A DNA stretch of 64,000 bases from contig CAVUHW010000013.1 of assembly GCA_963741205.1 (NCBI GenBank), positions 64,001-128,000 on the forward strand, given 5' to 3'. This document shows positions 39,784 to 52,018 of this stretch, piece after piece. A program made the translations under genes and the position numbers. Under the pieces are notes generated by a model. It saw only the letters and a list, made by a program, of their open reading frames with translations, did not search any database and had not been told where the DNA came from. The DNA is from Nitrospirota bacterium. Lineage in GTDB: Bacteria > Nitrospirota > UBA9217. The stretch's first letter is position 1, and each line of letters begins with the position of its first letter.

Positions 39784-41088
39784 TTGTTCACCGGCCTGAA
39801 GAACATATTCAACATTCCCGAGCTCAGGAAGCGTGTCATCTTTACGCTCCTGATGCTTGCTGTCTATCGCATCGGAGCGCATATCCCGACACCGGGAGTG
39901 AAGGGCGAGGCGCTCAGCCAGTTCCTGCACCAGTCGGCAGCCGGCCTGATGGGTTTCTTCGATATGTTTTCCGGCGGCGCTTTGTCGAGGGTCACGATTT
40001 TTGCGCTCGGCATCATGCCCTATATTACCGCCTCCATCGTGCTGCAGCTGCTGACGGTGGTGATTCCCGCGGCTGCAGGCGCTGGCCAAAGAGGGTGAGG
40101 CAGGCCGAAAGAAGATTACCGAGTATACCCGGTACGGCACGGTTTTGATTTCCGGATTTCAGTCGTTCTGGATGGCCGTCGGCATAGAAAAAATGGGCGG
40201 CGGGGCTTTTGTTGAGTCCACAGGATGGTCGTTCCGCATTCTCACCATGATTACCCTGACGGCGGGCACGACGTTCATCATGTGGCTCGGTGAGCAGATC
40301 ACAGAACGCGGGATCGGCAATGGGATCTCGCTGATCATATTTGCCGGCATCGTAGCGGGATTTCCGCGCGCAGTCACCAATACCGATCGGACTTGTTGAG
40401 CTCGGGTGAAATCGCCTACTTTATGGTCTTTATCATTATCGCGATTGATCGTTTCCGTCGTTGCCGCCATTATTGTGATGGAACGCGGGCAGCGAAAAAT
40501 ATCAATTCAGTACGCTCAGCGGATGGTGGGAAGAAAGATTTATAAAGGACAGAGCACGCATCTGCCGCTCAAGATCAATTCTGCCGGCGTGATTCCCCCG
40601 ATTTTCGCATCATCGATCCTGCTTTTTCCGGCTACGATCGCGGGTTTTGTACAGGTCGGCTGGCTTCAGTGGTTTGCTCAGCAGCTTGGTCCCGGGAAAC
40701 CGCTCTATACGCTGGTCTATGTGTTCATGATCGTCGGGTTTTTCGTATTTCTACACCGCGATCGTGTTCAATCCGGTGGATATTGCGGATAATCTGAAGA
40801 AGTACGGCGGCTTTATCCCGGGGATCAGGCCGGGAAAAAAGACCTCGGACTATCTGTTCCGGGTGTTGAACCGGATCACGCTCGGCGGCGCACTGTATCT
40901 AGCAGCGGTCTGTGTTTTGCCCGATATTTTCTACAAGATTTTTCAATGTTCCGTTTTATTTCGGCGGGACGTCGCTGCTGATCGTGATCGGCGTCGCGCT
41001 TGATACGGTTTCGCAGATAGAGTCGCATTTAATTCAAAGACACTACGGAGGTTTCCTGAAGGGCGTTTCGATCAAAGGGAGACGGTAA
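39784..41088 (+). CDS. secY: preprotein translocase subunit SecY; several frameshifts in this sequence
   Basis: [51 protein letters not shown] across frames. Confidence 0.95.
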
Positions 41089-41103
41089 GACCCGGGAGCG
41101 GTC

Positions 41104-41853
41104 ATGATCATTCTCAAGTCCCTTCAGGAGATCGAAAAGATCCGGCAGGCCTGTATAGTCGTTGCTGATGTACTGGACAGTATTCGCGACCTGGTCAAAC
41201 CGGGGGTCAGTACTCAGACCCTTGATGAATTCGCTGAACGACGGATCCTTGCAGCAGGCGCAAAACCCGCATTCAAAGGCTACCGGGGATATCCGAAGAC
41301 ATTGTGTACGTCGGTCAACCATGAGGTCATTCACGGTATTCCGTCAAAGGACGTCGTGCTGAAACAGGGTGACATCGTCAGCATTGACGTGGGGGCAATC
41401 GTCGACGGATTCTACGGCGACGCAGCCATTACCCTGCCGGTCGGCACAATTTCGCAAGAGGCCGAGCGGCTGATCAGGGTAACGGAAGAGTCGCTCAACC
41501 GGGGTATCGAGCAGGCAAAGGCTGGGAAGAGACTGTACGATATTTCTCATGCGGTCCAGCATCACGTAGAGGCTCATGGATACTCAGTAGTACGGGAATT
41601 TGTAGGCCACGGAATAGGGCGAAGCCTGCATGAGGATCCGCAGATACCCAATTTCGGACCGCAGGGGCAGGGGCCGAGGATCAAGCCGGGCATGGTCCTT
41701 GCCGTGGAGCCCATGGTCAATAGAGGCGCGAGCGCAACGGTTGTTAAGGAAGACGGATGGACGGCGGTTACCGCAGACGGCAGCCTGTCGGCCCATTTTG
41801 AACATACCATTGCCGTGATGCCGGATGGGCCGTGGATTCTGACAAAGAGGTAG
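41104..41853 (+). CDS. map: type I methionyl aminopeptidase
   Basis: CTSVNHEVIHGIP, GHGIG..LHEDP, SAHFEHT. Confidence 0.97.
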   Translation: MIILKSLQEIEKIRQACIVVADVLDSIRDLVKPGVSTQTLDEFAERRILAAGAKPAFKGYRGYPKTLCTSVNHEVIHGIPSKDVVLKQGDIVSIDVGAIVDGFYGDAAITLPVGTISQEAERLIRVTEESLNRGIEQAKAGKRLYDISHAVQHHVEAHGYSVVREFVGHGIGRSLHEDPQIPNFGPQGQGPRIKPGMVLAVEPMVNRGASATVVKEDGWTAVTADGSLSAHFEHTIAVMPDGPWILTKR

Positions 41854-41895
41854 TACGGAGCAATTCCCGCTGCGGCGGGACGTTCATTACGGCGA

Positions 41896-41933
41896 CACCC
41901 TGAACTCGCGCTGCTACTCGTAAGCGTTGGGTG
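41896..41933. repeat. 38-bp element with CACCC/GGGTG termini (further copies near 54094 and 54231-54314)
   Basis: CACCCTGAACTCGCGCTGCTACTCGTAAGCGTTGGGTG. Confidence 0.65.
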
Positions 41934-41981
41934 TGATCTCGTAATCGCGGGTGCGGGCACAGTTACGTTAGTCTAAAAGAT

Positions 41982-42200
41982 ATGGCCAAAGAAGATTCCA
42001 TAGAAGTTCAGGGTACGGTACTGGAAACGCTTCCCAACGCGATGTTTCGCGTTGAGATGGAGAACGGCCACAAGATTTTGGCGCATATTTCCGGCAAGAT
42101 GAGGATGCATTTTATCAAGATCCTCCCGGGGGATAAGGTAACGGTGGAACTTACTCCCTATGATTTGACGAGAGGCAGAATAACGTACCGGTTTAAGTAG
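41982..42200 (+). CDS. infA: translation initiation factor IF-1
   Basis: [28 protein letters not shown]. Confidence 0.98.
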   Translation: MAKEDSIEVQGTVLETLPNAMFRVEMENGHKILAHISGKMRMHFIKILPGDKVTVELTPYDLTRGRITYRFK

Positions 42201-42261
42201 GATTGAGAGACCCGTGAAGATACGGGCATAAATACACTTAGGAAAACGGAAGTAGGGAACC

Positions 42262-42375
42262 ATGAAAGTTCGCTCATCAGTAAGAAAAATTTGTCCGAAG
42301 TGCTCCATCATTCGCCGCAAAGGCATTGTGCGCGTGATTTGCGAAAATTCACGCCACAAGCAGCGACAGGGATAG
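42262..42375 (+). CDS. rpmJ: 50S ribosomal protein L36
   Basis: Manual translation [37 protein letters not shown]. Confidence 0.96.
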   Translation: MKVRSSVRKICPKCSIIRRKGIVRVICENSRHKQRQG

Positions 42376-42514
42376 TGAAAGAACGAAATCCCAACGCTGA
42401 GATTATCGTCAAGCTCAAAATCCAAACTATAAACTATTCCGGATTTTGGTCATTCGATGCTGATTGGGATTTAGTGTTTCGAACTTAGGATTTGTTCTGA
42501 GTTGAGGAGGAAAC

Positions 42515-42907
42515 GTGGCACGAATTGCTGGGGTAGATCTCCCCAAAGACAAAAAAATCGAGATTGCACTTACTTATATATACGGGATTGGTCCGACGTC
42601 TGCGAAGAAAATTCTCGCAGAGTCCGGCATCGATCCCAATATGAAAAGCAGTAATCTGGCCGAATCTGACATCGTCAAGATCCGTGCAATTCTGGATCGG
42701 GACTATACCGTGGAGGGGGACCTCCGCAGGGACGTGACGATGCATATCAAGCGATTGATGGACATCGGCAGTTATCGCGGGCTCCGTCATCGCAAAGGTT
42801 TGCCGGCGCGGGGCCAGCGAACGAAGACGAACGCAAGGACGAGAAAAGGACCGAAGAAATCCGCGATGTCGGGCAGGGGCAAGAAAAAAGGCATGGCAAA
42901 GAAGTAA
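42515..42907 (+). CDS. rpsM: 30S ribosomal protein S13
   Basis: [27 protein letters not shown]. Confidence 0.98.
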   Translation: MARIAGVDLPKDKKIEIALTYIYGIGPTSAKKILAESGIDPNMKSSNLAESDIVKIRAILDRDYTVEGDLRRDVTMHIKRLMDIGSYRGLRHRKGLPARGQRTKTNARTRKGPKKSAMSGRGKKKGMAKK

Positions 42908-42978
42908 TATGGCGCGGTGCCGGCGCGGACATGTGCCGGAGCGTACGCGCGGTAGTCGGCGTAGTTTCATGAGGAGGA

Positions 42979-43356
42979 ATGATGGCCAAGAAGGGCAAAG
43001 AAAGAAAGAACGTGGCCAATGGAGTGGCGCACATCCATGCTTCGTTTAATAATACGATCGTAACGATCACGGATACGGCGGGTAATGTTATTACATGGTC
43101 GAGCTCCGGCAACAAGGGATTCAAGGGATCGCGGAAAAGCACCCCCTTCGCCTCGCAGCTTGCTGCGGAAGCCGCCGCAAAGAAAGCCATGGAGCACGGC
43201 ATGAGGCAGGTCGAGGTCTACGTCAAAGGTCCGGGCACTGGCAGAGAGTCGGCCATCAGGTCGATCCAGGCAGCGGGCCTTGAAATCGTGGCGATCAAGG
43301 ATGTGACGCCGATCCCCCACAACGGATGCAGGCCGCCAAAGCGGAGAAGGGTGTAG
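42979..43356 (+). CDS. rpsK: 30S ribosomal protein S11
   Basis: [22 protein letters not shown]. Confidence 0.98.
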   Translation: MMAKKGKERKNVANGVAHIHASFNNTIVTITDTAGNVITWSSSGNKGFKGSRKSTPFASQLAAEAAAKKAMEHGMRQVEVYVKGPGTGRESAIRSIQAAGLEIVAIKDVTPIPHNGCRPPKRRRV

Positions 43357-43427
43357 GAGAAAAAATCGTACTTGTCTGACTCGTCCGGTACACCTGACGT
43401 GTCGGACTGTTTAACACAGGAGGAATC

Positions 43428-44057
43428 GTGGCACGGTATATCGGATCAGTTTGTAAGCTCTGCAGGAGAGAGGGCATGAAGCTCTTCTTAAAGGCCGAGC
43501 GTTGTTATACGGACAAGTGCGGCGTAACGCGGAGGAGCTATCCCCCGGGGCAGCACGGCCAGGCCAGAATTAAACAGTCGGAATACAGTCTGCAGCTCAG
43601 GGAAAAACAGAAAATCCGGCGCGTCTATGGAGTGCTCGAACGGCAGTTCCGCGGCTATTTTGAAAAGGCCGAACGGATGAAGGGTGTCACCGGAGATAAC
43701 TTGCTCCAGCTCCTCGAACGCCGGCTCGACAACGTCGTCCAGCGGATGGGATTTGCCGGCGCAAAAAAGGAAGCCCGTCAGCTTGTTCGGCACGGACACT
43801 TGCTCGTCAATGGCAGGAAAGTAAATATCCCGTCCTATCTTCTGAAGGCCGGGGACATCGTAGAGCTCCGGGAGAAGAGCAGAGGCATTGTCCAGATCCA
43901 GCAGACCTTGGCGGCCGTTGAAAAACGCGGTTTTCCCTCGTGGCTGGAGATAGACAAGGTTCAATTCAAGGGGAAGGTTCTGTCCCTGCCGGCCAGGGAC
44001 GAGAGTACGCTGCCGACCGTGAAAGAACAGCTGGTCGTCGAGCTCTATTCGAAGTAA
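43428..44057 (+). CDS. rpsD: 30S ribosomal protein S4
   Basis: [23 protein letters not shown]. Confidence 0.98.
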   Translation: MARYIGSVCKLCRREGMKLFLKAERCYTDKCGVTRRSYPPGQHGQARIKQSEYSLQLREKQKIRRVYGVLERQFRGYFEKAERMKGVTGDNLLQLLERRLDNVVQRMGFAGAKKEARQLVRHGHLLVNGRKVNIPSYLLKAGDIVELREKSRGIVQIQQTLAAVEKRGFPSWLEIDKVQFKGKVLSLPARDESTLPTVKEQLVVELYSK

Positions 44058-44169
44058 GTTCCTTCATAACATTGGAAATAATGCTGAGGGCTGCGTGAGC
44101 GCTCGTAATGGCGGGTGCTCCCTGGTCTTTATTGTGTAAAAAGTTTTGTTACTCCGTTCTGGAGGACCC

Positions 44170-45193
44170 ATGCTCAAGAAAGCCAAAGATTTCCAGATGC
44201 CCAAAAAGCTCCAGTATGATCAGAAAAAGATAACCGATACGTATGGGAAGTTCACGGCCGAGCCCTTGGAACGAGGTTTTGGAACCACTTTGGGCAATTC
44301 GCTGCGGCGCGTTCTTCTTTCCTCTCTGGAGGGGTCTGCCATTACGTCACTGAAAATTTCGGGTGTGCAGCATGAATTTTCCAGTATCCCGGGAGTGATC
44401 GAAGACACAACGGATCTGATCCTGAATCTCAAGGAAATCAGGCTCAAGCTCCATACCGATAAACCCAAGACCCTTCTCCTCAAGGCCAAGGGTCCGGGCG
44501 AGGTCACGGCAAAAGACATCGAGGCGGACGCAGAAGTTGAGATCCTGAATCCGGACCTGCACCTTGCGACGATCGATAAAAACGGCAAACTCGAGCTTGA
44601 AATGCGCGCCCGGCGCGGGAGGGGGTATGTCTCCGCGGAACGGAACAAGGAGCCTGGACAGTCGATCGGCGTCATCCCGATCGATTCGATCTTTTCCCCG
44701 ATCCGCAAAGTCAATTTCAAGGTGGAGAACGCCCGTGTCGGCCAGGACACGGACTATGATAAACTGATCCTGGAAATCTGGACCGACGGCAGCATCAGGC
44801 CGGACGACGCCGTAGCGCACGCTGCAAAGCTGTTGAAGGACCATCTCATCGATCTTCATCCACCTTCCCGAGGAAGAAGAGGAACTCCTGCTTACGGAGG
44901 AGGAAATCAAAAAAGTACCCTCCTTCAACGAAAATCTTCTTCGAAGCGTCAATGAGCTTGAGCTCTCCGTGCGCGCGGCAAACTGCCTCAAGAACGCGGG
45001 AATCGAGACTATCGCGGAAATGGTGCAGAAGACCGAGAGCGAGATGCTCAAAACAAAGAATTTCGGAAGAAAGTCGCTGAACGAAATAAAAGAGATACTG
45101 GCGGAGATGGGCCTCTCGCTGGGATTGAAGGTGGACGATAAAATCGTCGCCGAGGCCAGGCGGCTCCTGGCAGAAAAACCGAGTGAAGCGTAA
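44170..45193 (+). CDS. rpoA: RNA polymerase alpha subunit; frameshift ~44850
   Basis: [22 protein letters not shown]; [15 protein letters not shown]...[10 protein letters not shown]. Confidence 0.97.
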
Positions 45194-45217
45194 TATCATA
45201 AGAGTAAGGATGCCAAA

Positions 45218-45640
45218 ATGAGACATGGATGCGCAGGCAGGCAATTTGGAAGAAACTCCGGGCACCGCAAGGCGCTGCTCCGGATGCTCGTGACCGCATT
45301 GCTGAAGAATGAAAAGATCGAGACGACCTCGGCTAAGGCGAAGGAAATTCGTCCCTTGGCAGAGAAAATGATCACCCTCGCCAAGAGGGGCGATCTGCAC
45401 GCACGGCGGCAGGCCCTCAGTTTTATTCAAGATGATTCAGTGGTCGGCAATCTCTTTTCCCAGATCGGGCCGCGGTTCGCTTCGCGGAACGGCGGGTATA
45501 CGCGCATCGTGCCGACCCGCAACCGCATGGGCGATGCGGCGCCCATGGCGGTGATAGAATTGGTCGAGCGGCCGAAAAAAGAGGCCTCGGAGACCAAGGC
45601 TTCAGGTAAGACGAAGGCCTCGAAGACGGCATCTGCCTAA
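45218..45640 (+). CDS. rplQ: 50S ribosomal protein L17
   Basis: MRH...[21 protein letters not shown]. Confidence 0.98.
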   Translation: MRHGCAGRQFGRNSGHRKALLRMLVTALLKNEKIETTSAKAKEIRPLAEKMITLAKRGDLHARRQALSFIQDDSVVGNLFSQIGPRFASRNGGYTRIVPTRNRMGDAAPMAVIELVERPKKEASETKASGKTKASKTASA

Positions 45641-46129
45641 AATAGACCTGGCCGGCAACGGCCAGGCGCTTCCCACCAAAACCGCTTCGGATTAGGATTC
45701 GACAACATAAAATATCAGAGCCGCTGAGGACAAGACATCAGGTTTGGATCGGCTAGAGGTTGACGGCTTCAACACCGGGACTCACCGCTCATTGAGACTG
45801 CTTTCACCTCGGTTAACCACGATCCTGCCCATTCATTTCCGGATCGAATCATAGAGCTGTAAACCTCTTCCTTCCTACGGCGGCGCAACCAATCCTCCGA
45901 ACCAACTGGATACATGGCATTTCCCGAAGCGTTCGATAATGACATTCTCTGACCCTGCTAGGCCTGTTCTCCTCTACTAAAAAAACCTTACTTCGAAAGG
46001 AAATTCGTCTGAAACGCAAATACTCTGCTCAGCCGAACAGGTCCCGACGGGTATTTGCCATTTTTATTTAGATTTACACATAAATGCTTTTATGTTAAAA
46101 TATGTCGCATTGTTTCTCTGCGGAGAGCC

Positions 46130-48234
46130 ATGGCAGATGCAAAAAGCATAACCGCAGTGCCGGCGGCGCGCATGCGTCAGGTTTTCCTCAGGTGGCGGGG
46201 AGGGATCGGGTGCAGGGTATCCTTCTTTATGATGGCGGCCCTCATTCTCGTCGCCGCTCTGGTTGGAGCTTTCTTTTTCTGGGAAGGTGAAAAAAACCTT
46301 GATGCCGAGATTCGCGGCAGAACCTTTACCGCTGCGCGGCAACTGTCGGCCCTGATCGCAGAAGATATTATTACCGGAAACCGGCGCGATCTTTACAAAA
46401 AGGTTTCCCTTCCTTTCGCGGCAAATGAAGACGCTCAAGCCGGAAGTGTCCTCCTCTACCAGATGGTTTACGACAGCAACTGCGATCTTCTCATCGGCAG
46501 CACCCCTACCGATGTCTTTTTTAATCGTGACTCATATTTCTATACGCTCCCCGTGGAGAAGAAAAAAGAATGGGAAAACGTAGCATTAAAATGCGATGTT
46601 TCGCAGACGCACGCACCAGTGCTGGTCACCAGTAAAAACGGCGTTTATGATCTGACGTTCCCGGTGCTGGTAGGGAAAGAACAGGTCGGTTTTGTCCAGG
46701 TGGGCGTCTCGGGCGAGCCCTACGAGAAAAAATTTTTCGGAATAGTAAAAAAATCGGCGTTGCCCTTCTGGGGGTCCTTCTCGTGGGCCTGGCCTTCAGC
46801 CGAATCATCGCGGTCGCTATAACCAGGCCAATCCAGCACCTGAGCGAGGCGGCAGAAAAACTCGGGCGTCAGAATTGGGATTCGCCTCTTCCCGTGCGGG
46901 GAACCGATGAGATAGGCAAGCTCAGTACTGCGTTTAATCAAATGGCCCTGACCTTGAAGCAGCGTGAGGCGAGCCTCTCCCGGGGCAACCGCGATCTCTT
47001 CCTTCTCCACACGACGGGCCTGGATCTCATGGAGAGCCTTGACCGCAATGCACTGTTCGCCAAAGTCGCCGCGCGGGCCGAAGACCTGGTTCGGGCCGAC
47101 ACCGCGGCCGTATCCATCGTGGACCGCGAGGATCGCACGCTCAAATACGTCGGTGTGTACGGCACAAGAGCGGAATGGATCACCGGGATGGAACTGCCGT
47201 TTGAAGCGGGCGGCATCTACAACTGGCTTGCGAGCTATGGAACGCCGCTCCTTATTGCCGACGCTCAAGAGGATTTCAGGCTCGACGGCGCCCTGATGAA
47301 GTCCCTGGGTATCAGGAGCGTTTTGACGGTTCCCCTGTGGTCAACGAACACGATGATCGGCCTGCTGACCGCGATTAATAAGAAGGGAGGCGCCAGTTTC
47401 GACAAACACGACCTCCGGCTGTTTACGGTTTTCGCCAACATGGCATCGGTGGCGCTGCAGAATGCCTCCCTGTACGGAGACTTGGCGGCGAACATGAATG
47501 AATTGAAAACCGCCCAGGAGCAGCTCATCCATTCAACAAAGATGGCGGCGATTGGCGAGTTATCAGCCAACATCGCGCACGAAATCAACAACCCCTTGAC
47601 GAGCGTGCTCGGTTATACCACGCACCTCCTGAAGACGCTCGATCTCCCCGAAGCGCCGCGGAAGATGCTGGGGGTGATGGAGCAGGAGACCCTGAGGGTG
47701 CGAAAGATCATCCGCAATCTCCTCGATTTTACAAGGCAGCGGCCTACGTGGCTGCAGCCGGAAGATATCCTGCTGCCGATGCGCGAAACGGTGGCGCTCA
47801 TTCAAGGACTTGCCGAAGCATCCTCCGTGCGAATCAACGAAGTGTACCCTTCTGAGTCGTTTCTCGTGAATATGGACCATGACGAGATCAAGCAGGTTTT
47901 TGTCAATATTGTGAATAATGCACTCCAGGCCATGCCGCGGGGCGGGGAGATCCGGATACGGGTGGAAGCGGCGGGCGAGAACGAAATCCTCATAGAGCTG
48001 TCCGATACCGGCATCGGTATCGCGCCCGAGCACACGAACCGGATCTTTGAACCTTTTTTCTCCACGAAGGGCAACGGCCACGGAACAGGTCTTGGGCTGT
48101 CGATCAGTTACCGGATCATACAGAACCATGGCGGCAGGATCGAGATGGAGAGCATTGTCGGAAGTGGAACGACCTTCCGGATATTCTTGCCACGGTACCG
48201 ACAAGCCCAGCTCGTGCATAATGCCGGGCGATAA
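46130..48234 (+). CDS. membrane sensor histidine kinase (TM-periplasmic-TM-HAMP-GAF-HisKA-HATPase); frameshift ~46770
   Basis: HAMP (ITRPI..L...DEIG.L..AFN.M), [32 protein letters not shown]. Confidence 0.88.
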
Positions 48235-48363
48235 GGTGAGGGCGATACGGCGCACTAGGGAGACGCCCCGAACGGTGAATTCGAACAGGTCGTCATGCTG
48301 TCGACCGAGGTCGGATTCAATCTGAAAACGTATCGGTTCGCCGATAATCAAGCGAAATCTTTC

Positions 48364-49802
48364 ATGAAAAAGAGAATACTCACGGGCTTCGGCCTGCTGC
48401 TCGCAATTTTTCTCAGCGGATGCATCATTGCCGCCCTGTACATTACCAGGACGGCGCAGCGCATGGACAAATTGATCATGCTCCATCAGGTTGAAATTCT
48501 GCGTGAAGATCTGATCATTCACATACATCAGCTCCAGTCGCATATTTCTCGAAGCAAGATCCGGAGCAAGGGAGATGTGGATGTGCTCATCGCGCAGGAG
48601 CAGGATATGGACCGCTTAATGAACTCCTGCATGGGCTGTCACCATTCACCCGAATTGACGCAAGGACTTACGGGCATGCGTGACCTGGCCGATGATTACA
48701 AAAACGCGATCACACGCCTCGTCACCGCCCCGGCGAACGCGCAGCAAATCGCGGCGCTCGAGCGCCGGGCACAGGACCTCGGGCAGGAACTCATCACCAT
48801 GACGCAGGGCATGGCCTTCACAGCCAACGTGCGGCTGCAGCAGAAGACCCAGGAAACGATGACAACAATCCGAGAAATCAGAAGCGTGCTGTACGGCACG
48901 CTGCTGATCGGCTTCATCCTCGCGGTCGTTACAGCCTATCTCCTGACCACGAGCCTCGATGGGCAGCTGCAAAAATTACTCGAGGCGACACGGCGCATCG
49001 CCCGGGGAGAGCTCCAGCATCGAGTTGACATCAACGATGCCAAAGGAAGTGAATTCAAGGAACTGGGAGAGGCCTTTAATACCATGACGCAGAACCTGCA
49101 TCAGTCACAGCGTCAACTGGTCCAGAGCGCGAAGCTGGCCGCCATCGGAGAACTGGCAACCAATATTGCCTATGAGGTCAACAATCCTTTGACCGGTGTC
49201 CTGGGTTATACAGGCCTGCTGTTGAAGGCCGATGATATTCCCGCCGACAAAAAGGAGCAGTTGAGAACCATTGAGCGGGAAACGATCCGCGCCAGGGAAG
49301 TGTTGAAGAACCTGCTGGACTTCTCGAGGCGGAAGCCCCCGCAGCTCGTCAAGACGGACATCGCGGACCTCATCGAGGACACGATACTCTTGGTGAAAGG
49401 GCAGGCGAAATTGGGAAACGTGGAGATAGTCCGGGACTGCACCCCCGGTCTTCCGCCGATTTCACTGGACGCCGATGAAATGAAGCAGGTCTTCGTGAAC
49501 CTGATCAATAACGCATTTGTTGCCATGTCCAAGGGAGGGACCCTGACGATCCGATGCAGACAGGCCAGGGATCGATCGGGAAACGAGGTTGTCATGGTGG
49601 AACTCGCCGATACGGGACAGGGTATTCCCGAGGAGCACGTGGACAAGATCTTCGATCCTTTTTTTACTACAGACCTGACGGCGAGGGAACGGGACTGGGG
49701 CTCTCCATCAGCTACTTGATCGTCCAGAACCATGGGGGACGAATCGAGGTGGAAAGTAAAGCCGGGGAAGGCTCAACCTTCCGGGTCAGTCTGCCGGTGT
49801 AG
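48364..49802 (+). CDS. sensor histidine kinase-like protein with periplasmic CxxCH motif and HAMP; frameshift ~49670
   Basis: Two TM helices, [17 protein letters not shown] (Tyr in the H-box), [14 protein letters not shown]. Confidence 0.85.
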
Positions 49803-49906
49803 ACATTGAGGCTTGCGGATCTCTTTGACGGCATTCCGGCATGCTTGAAGCCCGGGTGAATCACAAAAAAGCGGCACTGCAGTGATTGGGAAAGAGGAGC
49901 ATACAT

Positions 49907-51441
49907 ATGGCTGGAGAGAAAATTCTCGTTGTCGACGACGAGGACATGATCAGAGACCTTTGTTATCATATTCTGTCCGCCGAGGGGTATCAGGTGTCCA
50001 TGGTTTCGAACGGCACAGCTGCGCTGGAAGAGCTGGGACGGACGCCGGTTGACCTGTTGATCACGGACATCAAGATGCCCGGCATCGACGGGCTGGAGCT
50101 TTTCGAGCGGGTCAAGGGCCGGAATCTCGACCTCGTGACGATCTTCATTACGGGTCACGGCACGCTTGATACGGCCATCGAGTCCCTCATGCGCGGCGTT
50201 GACGGTTTCGTCCTCAAGCCCTTCACCCAGGAGGAACTGCTCGGCGCGGTCGCGCGCGCCATCAACAGCAGCCGGCTGAAAAAGGAGAACATCAGGCTCA
50301 AGGCGCTGATCCCCCTGTTCGAGATCAGCAAATTGCTCGTGACCGAGATCGACCTCGCCCATCTTTTCAAGATCATCACCGAGGTGCTCGTGCAGGAATT
50401 TGCCGTGGACCGCGTGTCGCTGATGCTGATGGACGATGCCAGCGGGACCCTCCTGATCCGGGCCTCGCACGGGCTGCCGCCGGACATTGCGCTCAAGGCC
50501 CGCCGAGGGCAGGGAGAAGGCGTCGCTGGACTGGTGCTCAAGCACCGGAAACCCTTGATTATCTCGGCGGGAAAGCACCCGGACCAGGAAGTGATGAACG
50601 CAATCAACCGGGAGGACATGCCCGCATCGTCCATGTCGGTGCCGCTCATCGGAAAGAACAAGATGTTCGGCGTGCTCAATGTGAGCAAGTTTTCCGGGCC
50701 GCCCTTCACGACCAGCGACCTCCAGGTCGTCCTGATCCTGTCGAGCCAGGTGGTGACGGCCATGGAGAACGCGTCGTTGTATGAAAACCTGCGGGAGAAT
50801 TATTTCCGTACGATCCAGGCCCTCGTGGCCGCCGTAGAGGCAAAGGATCCTTACACCCGCTGGCACTCCACCAATGTCGCGAAATACGCCGTGGCTATCG
50901 CGCGCGACTTGGGGATGAGTCCGTCGCACCTTGAGGAGATGCACATCGCCGCCATTCTCCATGATGTCGGCAAGATCGGCATCAGCGAACTCATTATCAG
51001 TAAGCCCGACCGTCTGAGCCGCGAGGAGTTCGACTATCATGAAAGACCATCCAGCGCACGGGCTCAGGATTCTCGATCCGATCGGCTTCTCGTCGTCCAT
51101 CACAACCGCGATCTATCAGCACCATGAACGGTACGACGGCAAGGGCTATCCCCAGGGGCTGGCCGGAGAACAGATCGCGTTCTCAGCGCGGATACTGAAT
51201 GTCGCGGACACGATCGATGCCATGGTGTCCGAACGTCCTTACCGGGGCACGATTTCCAGCCAGGACGTTCTTCTTGAGCTGGAGCGGGAGGCCGGGGCGG
51301 CAATTCGACCCCGGGGTTTCCTCATCCGCCAGGCGGCTCATCGAAAAGGGCCTGCTGAAGCTCGGCATACATTCGTATTTCCAGCATTCGGGCGGTCCTG
51401 ACCAGGCAGAGCGGGAAGGCAAAGAAGCGGGCCACGGGTAG
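49907..51441 (+). CDS. response regulator with GAF and HD-GYP phosphodiesterase domains; frameshifts ~51040 and ~51295
   Basis: ILVVDDE/DIKMPGIDG receiver, GAF, EAKDPYT.WHS..VA, LHDVGKIG, HHERYDGKGYP. Confidence 0.9.
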
Positions 51442-51536
51442 AACAGGGTGGGATTACAACCCGAGTATGACCTTCCTGATCCAGGGCGTCCAGGAAGAAT
51501 CTTAACCCTGCACCTTGTTGGCAAACCAAAAACCTC

Positions 51537-51565
51537 TTGACTTAAATAAGTTACTTTGTTATAGT
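51537..51565 (+). promoter_or_regulatory. sigma70-type promoter TTGACT-17-TATAGT (with TG extension) upstream of the porin
   Basis: Direct sequence match in an AT-rich spacer. Confidence 0.55.
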
Positions 51566-52018
51566 CTGCCTTAAGTTTTGGCTGATTTTAATAAGCAGCA
51601 GCCCTTGCGCCGCATCTCGAAGCACTCGTCACATTGTAGCAGTTTGTAATAGTGGCAGATTCAAACGATTTACACGAGCTATGATTACCACTAGCAGACC
51701 TACATATTTCACGCACATCTGCGTCCGTGATGAGAAACCTGTCGGCGGACCATGCAGGGCCTTTTCAGCGCCCCCCGCACCTCGTCAATCTCCAAAGGCA
51801 AAATCTGAAGTTTACACAATCTCTCGATTTAAACTTGAGGCTTTCAGTTTTAGAACCGAGCAGAGATTCTATTTCATTTTTCATGGAAAGGGGGGGTGGA
51901 CCGAAATCATACCATAGATGAACACAGACTCATCGCAGCAACGAAGCATTCATTTCACTCTAAGGTTACCAGGTGTTTGGTTAAGACAAAGGCAAATCTA
52001 TTTTAGGGAGGATAAACG

